Positions 1 through 6,909 of a stretch of 64,000 nt of DNA are shown piece by piece. Source of the stretch: Candidatus Limiplasma stercoravium (lineage in GTDB: Bacteria > Bacillota > Clostridia > Christensenellales > Aristaeellaceae); contig DVME01000102.1 in assembly GCA_018715175.1 (NCBI GenBank), positions 69 to 64,068 of the forward strand. The letters are read 5' to 3'. The notes under the pieces are model-generated. The model made no database searches, was not told the DNA's origin, and saw nothing but the letters and a program-made list of their open reading frames with translations. Numbering within the stretch: position 1 is the first letter of the stretch; each line of letters opens with the position of its first letter. Both the position numbers and the translations under genes were made by a program.

Positions 1-134
1 TCCCGTCGTGGACGAAGAAACCTTCCTGCGCATGCTCAACTGGCGCTAACCGATTCTGGGGCGTCTGTATCCTTGAAGTGTTCCCGCATAGGCAAACGTA
101 TGCGCGGTGAAACGGAATGTAGGTTGATGAACGA

Positions 135-1565
135 ATGAAGAACATTGCCACCTTTGGCGAGCGTTTGACTTCGCTCATGGAGAGCCATGACCTCAGCGCC
201 GCGGCGTTGACGGAATTGACAAAACTGCCCAACACAATGGCCATGGTACGCTTGATGCGCGACGAGACAAGCGAAAGCCGGCGCCAATCTTTCTATGAAA
301 GTCTCCGCGCGAGCGGCAGCCCGTTTACCTCCGACGAGCTCACCGAGCTGGAGGCGGCGCTGACGGTTTCCCGTCTGGGCAAGCGTTCCTATAAAGCGTA
401 TCGCGGCTTGTTTGACCTACTGTTCATGCCCGCGCAAAAAAGCGATAACGCCGGTTGCTTTTGCGAGCTGACTGCGCGGCTGCGCGCGCTTGCGCCGGAC
501 GTGCCGTTGCAACTGATGTGTACCAACTGCTGTGACACCGGGCTCCTGCCCGCCCTGGCACCGCTGTTTGAAGACCGGTCGCGCCTGATCGAGATGCACC
601 ACTTCACCTCGGTCAATGCCGACACGCGAAATCCCATGCTGCTGCTCGGCTCTGCCTGGAGACTGATTCACGACAGCCGCTACCGTCCCTATATCGTTAC
701 CCAGCGCGACAACGGCACCGACGCCTATTACTGCGCTCCCAACACGCTGTTTTTCAAATTCGGCCTCGGCGCGGCGGCCCGGGAAGCCATGTGCTTTGTC
801 AGCGTATCCGAAGGGCTTCGGCGCGTGTACTTTCAGGAAGGTTCTTTCCTTTTTGATACGGTGTTTCGCAGCCTGCATGGGCTGGATCCATCTCCCAAGC
901 CGCTTCGCGGGCATTGGGGGATTCGCAATCAGCGCGAACTTTTGGCGTTCTTAACCCGCATGTATCAAAAGGCTTTCAACCGAGCCATTTACGTGCTCCG
1001 GCCCGAGCCGGGCTTTGAATTCATCGAACCGGAAATATTGATTCGGCAGCTCCAGGAATCGCCTTCGCACCTAACGGCGGACGCCAGAAGCAACATGGAC
1101 GGCCTGCGCGAAATGATGGAGCTGCGTTATCGTCTCTACATGGGCGGCGCCCAGCCGGTCTGCCTGACCCTTTCCAAGGAAGAGACGAAGCGTTTTTTGC
1201 TCACGGGCCGCGCGGACGACCAGCCTTCCACGCTGCGCCCGCTGACGCTGGAGGAACGCCGCCGTTGGATGCGCCGGTTTTTCGACCGGTTGACGGCAGA
1301 CACATCCTTTCAGGTTCGTTTTCTACAGGACGGTCTTAAGCAGCGGCGTTACCGGCTGGTCTGCTTTGAGGGACAGGGGTTGATGCCGCTCAAGCTGGGC
1401 GACGCAAACGAGCGGCTCGGCTATACGCACGCGCTGATTGCCGAACCGCTGCTGGTGGAACAATTCACGCGCTTTTACAAAAACGAGCTGCTTACATACC
1501 ACGTCTACAGCCGCGAGGACTCCGTGGCGTGGCTCAAGCAAACGGCGGCGGAAATTCTATACTAA
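135..1565 (+). CDS. Uncharacterised ~470-aa protein with N-terminal XRE/Cro-like helix-turn-helix (paralog A of three in the window)
   Basis: 476-aa ORF. The N-terminus FGERLTSLMESHDLSAAALTELTKLPNTMAMVRLMRDE looks like an XRE-type HTH. It is collinear with ORFs 1584..2984 and 35287..36705, sharing blocks such as VSRLGK/VNRLGK/VSRMG, LMCTNCCDTG/LCVNCLDSG/ILINGCHPA, RNP/NDP, RYRPY/RYSLY/RYTPY and a C-terminal LT.EER/CTPSER/FTPAER. I recognise no family for the C-terminal ~400 aa. Confidence 0.7.
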   Translation: MKNIATFGERLTSLMESHDLSAAALTELTKLPNTMAMVRLMRDETSESRRQSFYESLRASGSPFTSDELTELEAALTVSRLGKRSYKAYRGLFDLLFMPAQKSDNAGCFCELTARLRALAPDVPLQLMCTNCCDTGLLPALAPLFEDRSRLIEMHHFTSVNADTRNPMLLLGSAWRLIHDSRYRPYIVTQRDNGTDAYYCAPNTLFFKFGLGAAAREAMCFVSVSEGLRRVYFQEGSFLFDTVFRSLHGLDPSPKPLRGHWGIRNQRELLAFLTRMYQKAFNRAIYVLRPEPGFEFIEPEILIRQLQESPSHLTADARSNMDGLREMMELRYRLYMGGAQPVCLTLSKEETKRFLLTGRADDQPSTLRPLTLEERRRWMRRFFDRLTADTSFQVRFLQDGLKQRRYRLVCFEGQGLMPLKLGDANERLGYTHALIAEPLLVEQFTRFYKNELLTYHVYSREDSVAWLKQTAAEILY

Positions 1566-1583
1566 CTAAAGGACGGGGCGCGG

Positions 1584-2984
1584 ATGGGAAACGTTCAAAC
1601 TTTCGGCGAAACCCTTGACGAGTTGATGCGTCAGCGGGGCATTGACGCCGCGCAGCTTGGTTCGTGGCTAGGCGGCCGCCAAAACCTGTCGCGGCTGTTG
1701 CGTGACGAGGCCAGCATCAAGCGCATGGGTGAAGCGTTGGCGCTTTTGAGCGCAGACCTTCTACCGCCCGAGGATATAAAGCGCCTGTCCCTGGCCATGG
1801 AGGTCAACCGCTTGGGAAAGGCGGATTTTGAGATTCAATGCGCGTTGCACAAGCTGGTGTTTCACTCGGACATGCCGCAGTACGGAGACATCCATATGGA
1901 AAACGGCACATCCCTTTCAGCGTACCTGTGCCGCTTCGGGGGCGGCGAACCGCTGAATATCCTATGCGTCAATTGCCTAGACTCGGGCGTTTTTTCGGCT
2001 TTCCGCGATCTTTTGAGCGACCCGCAGCGCCGCGTCAAGGTGCGCCACTATGTCAACGTCAACGCGGAAAGCCGCAATCCCGCGCGCATTTTTCTGGCGG
2101 TCGGCTCCACGCTGTTCGACCGCCGCTACAGCCTTTATACCGCCAGCAACGCCCACTACGGACAGGACGCCTTTTTGTTGCTTCCCTATCTGCTGTTTGT
2201 GCAAAGCGGCGGCGCGCAAGCCGTACTCTCCATCCGCGCTGACGGCACCGCCCGCGTGCTTTCCACAGGCAGGCGCGCTAACGTTTTCGAAGCGGCCCAA
2301 CGCCTGCTGAGTGCCTTGCCATCGGATACCACGCTGCTCACCGGGGAAACCGCCGAAGCCATGAAGCTGGACGTCATGCTGTTTGACCGTTACCAGCGCG
2401 AGAAAAACCGCGCCCTGTACATGATCCGCCCGGATCCCGATACCTCTCTGATGCCGCCCCAGGTGCAGCTGTCGCTGTGGCGTGACGCAGCGTTTCCCTC
2501 GGTCTCGCAACGCGCCCAACACCGGGTGGAATCCATCATTCGCGGCCGCTACGCGCATTTTCAAAAGCGCCTCAAGCCGGCCTACTTCATCCTCAGCCCC
2601 GACCAGACGCGCCGTTTTTTTCAGACCGGACGGCAAAGCAGCCAGCCTTCCTGCTTTCGCGCATGCACCCCGTCTGAGCGCGTCGAAATTCTCCAAAGCC
2701 TGCTGAGCGCGCTCCATGCCAACAAGCGATTGCACCTGCGTTTTCTCAAACCCGGACATGAAATTCATAACCACCAGTTCTGGGGCCACGAAGGATTCGG
2801 CGTCGTTATTCGGCCGAAGGGTCGGCAGGGCGCAGCCATCCCGCGGGAACTGGTGGTCAGGGACGCATCCTTTCAGACGCAGTTCAAAGGGTTTGTGCTT
2901 GACACCCTGCCCCGTGGCTTTATCTACGACGAACCGGAAAGCCTTGCCCTGCTGGAATCCATGCGCGTGGAAATAAAAATTTAG
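1584..2984 (+). CDS. Uncharacterised ~470-aa XRE-HTH protein (paralog B, tandem to A)
   Basis: 466-aa ORF that starts 18 nt after paralog A. N-terminus FGETLDELMRQRGIDAAQLGSWLGGRQNLSRLLRDE. Same block order as ORFs 135..1565 and 35287..36705. Confidence 0.7.
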   Translation: MGNVQTFGETLDELMRQRGIDAAQLGSWLGGRQNLSRLLRDEASIKRMGEALALLSADLLPPEDIKRLSLAMEVNRLGKADFEIQCALHKLVFHSDMPQYGDIHMENGTSLSAYLCRFGGGEPLNILCVNCLDSGVFSAFRDLLSDPQRRVKVRHYVNVNAESRNPARIFLAVGSTLFDRRYSLYTASNAHYGQDAFLLLPYLLFVQSGGAQAVLSIRADGTARVLSTGRRANVFEAAQRLLSALPSDTTLLTGETAEAMKLDVMLFDRYQREKNRALYMIRPDPDTSLMPPQVQLSLWRDAAFPSVSQRAQHRVESIIRGRYAHFQKRLKPAYFILSPDQTRRFFQTGRQSSQPSCFRACTPSERVEILQSLLSALHANKRLHLRFLKPGHEIHNHQFWGHEGFGVVIRPKGRQGAAIPRELVVRDASFQTQFKGFVLDTLPRGFIYDEPESLALLESMRVEIKI

Positions 2985-3012
2985 CGCCATCGGTTTCTTT
3001 TTCGCAAAATGG

Positions 3013-3021
3013 TGGTATAAT
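3013..3021 (+). promoter_or_regulatory. Extended -10 element (TGGTATAAT) upstream of the mini-NrdD ORF
   Basis: TGGTATAAT lies 36 nt upstream of the ATG at 3057. There is no convincing -35, which is consistent with an extended -10 promoter. Confidence 0.4.
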
Positions 3022-3028
3022 CGTCTTG

Positions 3029-3043
3029 CACAACATCTAGTGG
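3029..3043 (+). promoter_or_regulatory. Candidate NrdR-box-like imperfect palindrome
   Basis: CACAACATCTAGTGG sits just downstream of the -10. It matches about 11 of 15 positions of the NrdR box consensus as I recall it (ACACAATATATTGTGT). Only one copy is seen. Confidence 0.25.
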
Positions 3044-3056
3044 GAAAACCCTGCGC

Positions 3057-3344
3057 ATGAAAGGATGGTATACCATGGCTTGTACGATTACGGTAAAGAA
3101 TGGCACGCTTGAAAACGGCGAGGCGGAAGCCTATATCGCCCGTGCAATCGAAAAATTTGGCGTCGAACCCCGGCATATTGATATTACCGTTCAGGGGGAC
3201 GAGGTAGACCTGGATTACGATTTGGGCGCGCGGGATTTTCAGCGCATCCGCCGTATCACGGGCTATCTGGTGGGCACGCTGGATCGTTTCAACAATGCCA
3301 AACGCGCCGAGGAGCACGACCGCGTCAAACACGGCGTCTGCTGA
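3057..3344 (+). CDS. Stand-alone NrdD-type glycyl-radical domain protein (95 aa; the start may instead be ATG 3075)
   Basis: The C-terminus FQRIRRITGYLVGTLDRFNNAKRAEEHDRVKHGV matches the C-terminal glycyl-radical loop of class III RNR NrdD (R..GYL ... FN.(G/A)K..E...RVKH). It has no catalytic barrel, ATP-cone or CxxC Zn-ribbon. It has its own promoter-like element. Confidence 0.7.
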   Translation: MKGWYTMACTITVKNGTLENGEAEAYIARAIEKFGVEPRHIDITVQGDEVDLDYDLGARDFQRIRRITGYLVGTLDRFNNAKRAEEHDRVKHGVC

Positions 3345-3352
3345 AAAAAGGC

Positions 3353-3381
3353 TTGTCAAGGCGCGAAAATGCGCGTATAAT
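3353..3381 (+). promoter_or_regulatory. Sigma-A type promoter for the serS leader (TTGTCA-17-TATAAT)
   Basis: TTGTCA at 3353..3358 and TATAAT at 3376..3381, with a 17-nt spacer. Confidence 0.6.
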
Positions 3382-3387
3382 ACCGCC

Positions 3388-3616
3388 ATGGCCTTGACCG
3401 TGATCCTGGCCGCCCCAACCGTTCATCAGAGAGCAGCCGTCCGGTGCAAGGCTGCGGCGGCGGCGGCCGTTCCGTCACGTGAGCCTCGCGGCGACGAGCC
3501 GCGCGGGAGCGCCCGATATCGTGCAAAAAAGCGAAGGCGCAAGCCTTAAGCCGGGTGGCACCGCGGAGAACGCTTCCTCCGTCCCTGCAGCGTGAAAGCC
3601 GTAGGGACGTTTTCTA
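3388..3616 (+). promoter_or_regulatory. T-box leader (tRNA-sensing riboswitch) controlling serS
   Basis: AGAGAG box at 3428..3433. T-box core GGGTGGCACCGCGG at 3553..3566. This is followed by a terminator hairpin (CGTCCCTGC 3580..3588 pairs with GTAGGGACG 3601..3609) and TTTTT at 3610..3614, directly upstream of serS. I did not assign a specifier codon. Confidence 0.75.
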
Positions 3617-3650
3617 TTGGGTGGTTTCAGTGATCAAAGGAGGTACGACC

Positions 3651-4922
3651 ATGCTTGACATCAAACGAATCCGGCAAAATCCGCAGGAGCTCACAGACGC
3701 GCTCAAAGCGCGGCACAAGGATATTGACGTAGCGCCCTTCCTGGAGGCGGACGAAAACCGCCGTAAACTCATGGCCCAGGCCGAGGAAAAACGCGCGCTG
3801 CGCCGCGCCACCAGCAAGGACATCAGCGTGGCCAAGAAAAACGGCGTCCCCGAGTCGGAAGTTGCCGGCATCATGGACGCCATGCGCCGCTTGGGGGACG
3901 AAATTGACGAGCTGGAGGCCCAGGCCCAACGCCTGGAAGCCCAGATGAACGACTTTTTGCTCACCGTGCCCAACCTGCCGCATGCCAGCGTGCCCGTAGG
4001 CGCGGACGACCATGACAACGTGGAAGTCCGCCGCTGGGGGACGCCGCGCGCCTTTGCCTGGGAGCCCAAGGCGCATTGGGACATCGGCGCGGATTTGGGC
4101 ATCCTGGACTTTGCTACTGCCGCCAAAGTCAGCGGCGCGCGCTTCACCTTCTATCGGGGGCTGGGAGCGCGGCTGGAGCGCGCCATCATCAACTTCTTCC
4201 TCAACACCCATGTGCAAAACGGCTACGACGAAGTCTATCCCCCCTACATGGTCACCCGCGCCGCCATGACCGGCACCGGCCAGCTGCCCAAGTTTGAGGA
4301 AGACGCTTACAAGGTGGATGCGGACACCTTCCTGATTCCCACGGCCGAGGTGCCCGTCACCAACATGTACCGCGAAATGATCCTGGACGGCGCCAAGCTG
4401 CCCATCCGCCATTGCGCCTATTCCACCTGTTTCCGCGCCGAGGCCGGCAGCGCCGGGCGCGATACGCGCGGGCTGATCCGCCAGCACCAGTTCAACAAGG
4501 TAGAAATGGTAAAAATCACCAAGCCCGAACAAAGCTACGACGAGCTGGAAAGCATGACCGCCGAGGCCGAAAAGGTGCTTCAGCTCCTGGGCCTGCCCTA
4601 CCGGGTGGTCACGCTGTGCACCGGCGACATGGGCTTTAGCGCCGCCAAGACCTACGACGTGGAGGTGTGGATGCCCAGCTACGGCCGGTATGTGGAGATT
4701 TCCAGCTGTTCCAACTGCGAGGATTTCCAGGCCCGGCGCGCAGGCATCCGCTATCGGGAATCCCCCAAGGACAAGCCCTGCTTTGCCCACACCCTTAACG
4801 GCAGCGGCGTGGCCGTGGGACGAACCGTGGCGGCCATCCTGGAAAACTATCAAAACGAGGACGGCAGCGTAACCATCCCCGAAGCTCTCGTTCCCTACAT
4901 GGGTACCAATCGTATCGGCTAA
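3651..4922 (+). CDS. serS: Seryl-tRNA synthetase
   Basis: Starts [14 protein letters not shown] after the RBS AAAGGAGG. Class II aaRS blocks are present: [25 protein letters not shown] and [18 protein letters not shown]. The longer ORF from 3555 overlaps the T-box leader, so I rejected it. Confidence 0.95.
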   Translation: MLDIKRIRQNPQELTDALKARHKDIDVAPFLEADENRRKLMAQAEEKRALRRATSKDISVAKKNGVPESEVAGIMDAMRRLGDEIDELEAQAQRLEAQMNDFLLTVPNLPHASVPVGADDHDNVEVRRWGTPRAFAWEPKAHWDIGADLGILDFATAAKVSGARFTFYRGLGARLERAIINFFLNTHVQNGYDEVYPPYMVTRAAMTGTGQLPKFEEDAYKVDADTFLIPTAEVPVTNMYREMILDGAKLPIRHCAYSTCFRAEAGSAGRDTRGLIRQHQFNKVEMVKITKPEQSYDELESMTAEAEKVLQLLGLPYRVVTLCTGDMGFSAAKTYDVEVWMPSYGRYVEISSCSNCEDFQARRAGIRYRESPKDKPCFAHTLNGSGVAVGRTVAAILENYQNEDGSVTIPEALVPYMGTNRIG

Positions 4923-6757
4923 GGTTTCCGGCGCTGGGCGCGGCCTGATGACGGGCCGCGCCTTTTGGTTTCCTGCCGCGGCCGAACCAGGCATTTGGGC
5001 CCGTAGCCGATCAGATCGCCACGGCCGCACCGCTGCAGCGCCTCGCGCACCAAGTCGTGGTTGGCGGGGTTTCGATACTGCAAAAGGGCGCGCTGCATGG
5101 CTTTTTCATGCGGCGATTTGGGCACGTAAACGGGGCTCATGTCCCGCGGATCCAATCCGGTATGGTACATGCAGGTGCTGAGCGTGCCGGGCGTGGGATA
5201 AAAATCCTGCACCTGTTGGGGCTGATGTCCGGTGTCGCGCAAGTATTCGGCCAGCGCAACCGCGTCGGACAAGGTGCTTCCCGGGTGGCTGCTCATTAGG
5301 TAGGGCACCAGGTATTGTTTAAGCCCCAGGCGGCGGTTGAGCGATTCGTATTTGCGCACAAAGGCGTCGTAAACCTCGCGGGGCGGCTTGCCCATGCGAC
5401 AGAGCACCGCAGGGCTAATGTGTTCGGGCGCGACCTTGAGCTGGCCGCTGACATGGTAGCGGCACAAATCGCGCAGAAAAGCGTCGCTGGAATCCGCCAT
5501 CAGGTAGTCGAAGCGAATGCCGGAGCGGATGAACACCTTTTTTACGCCAGGCAGAGCGCGCAGGCGGGCCAAAAGCCGGCACAGCTCCTCATGGCTGACC
5601 TTCAAATGCGGACAGGGCGTAGGATACAGGCATTGCCGCTTGCGGCAGGCGCCCTCGCGCAGCTGGCGGTCGCAGGCTGGCGCGCGAAAATTGGCCGTGG
5701 GGCCGCCCACGTCGTGGATGTATCCTTTGAAGTCCTCTAGCCGCGTCAGCGCCTTGGCCTCAGCCACCAGCGAATCCTCGCTGCGCGAGGTTACGATGCG
5801 CCCCTGGTGAAACGTCAGCGCGCAAAAGCTGCACGCGCCAAAGCATCCTCGCACCGCGCTGAGGGAAAAACGCACCTCCGAAAGCGCCGGCACGCCGCCC
5901 TCGGCGTCGTACATGGGATGAGCGCGCCGGGTATAGGGCAGGGCGTAAACGGCGTCCAGCTCTTCGCGGCTTAAGGGCATCGCAGGCGGATTCTGTACCA
6001 GATAGCGTTTGTCGTCCTGCTTTTGGCACAAGCGGCGGCCGCGCACGGGATCCTGTTCCTCGTATTCCAGGGCAAAGGCGCGCGCATAGGCTCGCTTGTC
6101 CGAAGCCACCTGCGCGTGATCGGGTACAAGCACGGCGTCGGACGGCGGCTCCTTGGCCATGTAGCACACCCCGCGCAGCGACGCAAGCTCCTGCGCCGGT
6201 TGGCCGCGGCGCACCCAGTCGCAGCACTCCAGGATGCTCCTTTCCCCCATGCCGTACATCAACAGCGTGGCCGCGCTGTCCACCAGCACGCTGCGGCGCA
6301 CCTTATCGTCCCAATAATCATAGTGAGAAAACCGCCTCAGCGACGCCTCCAGCCCGCCGATGAGCACCGGAGTGCCCGGATATGCCTCATGAATGCGGTT
6401 ACAGTACACCGTGACCGCCCGATCCGGCCGAAGCCCCGCCTGTCCGCCGGGCGCGTAGGCGTCGGTATGGCGGCGCTTTTTGGCGACGGTATAGTGGTTG
6501 ACCATGCTGTCGATTACGCCGGACGTCACCAAAAAACCAAGCTTTGGCCTACCGAAGCGCTTGAACGCCTCAGCGCTGTGGTACGGGGGCAGGCACAGCA
6601 TGGCCACGCGATAGCCGGCGTTTTCCAGCACGCGGCTGATGATGGCGTGGCCAAAGGACGGATGATCCACATACGCCTCCCCCACCACATAGACAAAATC
6701 GGGCGCATCCCATCCCCGTGCGGCGACGTCTGCCTGGCTGACCGGCAAAAAATCCAT
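4919..6757 (-). CDS. ygiQ: YgiQ-family (UPF0313) radical SAM protein
   Basis: Starts [17 protein letters not shown] after a GGAGG RBS. CX3CX2C motif within [12 protein letters not shown]-terminal block [23 protein letters not shown] is typical of YgiQ. Confidence 0.85.
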   Translation of the reverse strand: MDFLPVSQADVAARGWDAPDFVYVVGEAYVDHPSFGHAIISRVLENAGYRVAMLCLPPYHSAEAFKRFGRPKLGFLVTSGVIDSMVNHYTVAKKRRHTDAYAPGGQAGLRPDRAVTVYCNRIHEAYPGTPVLIGGLEASLRRFSHYDYWDDKVRRSVLVDSAATLLMYGMGERSILECCDWVRRGQPAQELASLRGVCYMAKEPPSDAVLVPDHAQVASDKRAYARAFALEYEEQDPVRGRRLCQKQDDKRYLVQNPPAMPLSREELDAVYALPYTRRAHPMYDAEGGVPALSEVRFSLSAVRGCFGACSFCALTFHQGRIVTSRSEDSLVAEAKALTRLEDFKGYIHDVGGPTANFRAPACDRQLREGACRKRQCLYPTPCPHLKVSHEELCRLLARLRALPGVKKVFIRSGIRFDYLMADSSDAFLRDLCRYHVSGQLKVAPEHISPAVLCRMGKPPREVYDAFVRKYESLNRRLGLKQYLVPYLMSSHPGSTLSDAVALAEYLRDTGHQPQQVQDFYPTPGTLSTCMYHTGLDPRDMSPVYVPKSPHEKAMQRALLQYRNPANHDLVREALQRCGRGDLIGYGPKCLVRPRQETKRRGPSSGRAQRRKP

Positions 6758-6909
6758 GAAGCACCTCCGCTTTCGCTTTGCAACAGTATACCACAAACCG
6801 CCGCCGGGCGCCGCGCCGCGCGCGGATTTTTTTGTCTTGGGAAGAAACGCCATCCCAGGATCGTTCTATGGTCAACTCGCCGTTTGGCGAAATGAGGAGG
6901 ATGGAGCCG

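Noticed and set aside
1-49. A possible 3' end of an upstream + strand CDS (frame 2 reads PVVDEETFLRMLNWR-stop with GC3-rich codons).
   Set aside because: Only 15 codons are visible and all three forward frames are open here. I cannot support or name it.
1977-3389. A 470-aa ORF antisense to HTH paralog B and to the mini-NrdD gene.
   Set aside because: Its composition is Arg/Ala/Gly/His-rich with no motifs, and it fully overlaps well-supported sense genes. This is a typical shadow ORF of GC-rich DNA. The same reasoning applies to 3627..5030(-), 12201..13292(-), 28382..29608(+), 36082..37080(-), 40029..42215(-), 42928..44067(-), 45131..46672(-), 49728..50795(-), 52957..54159(+), 58216..59946(+) and 59951..61285(-).
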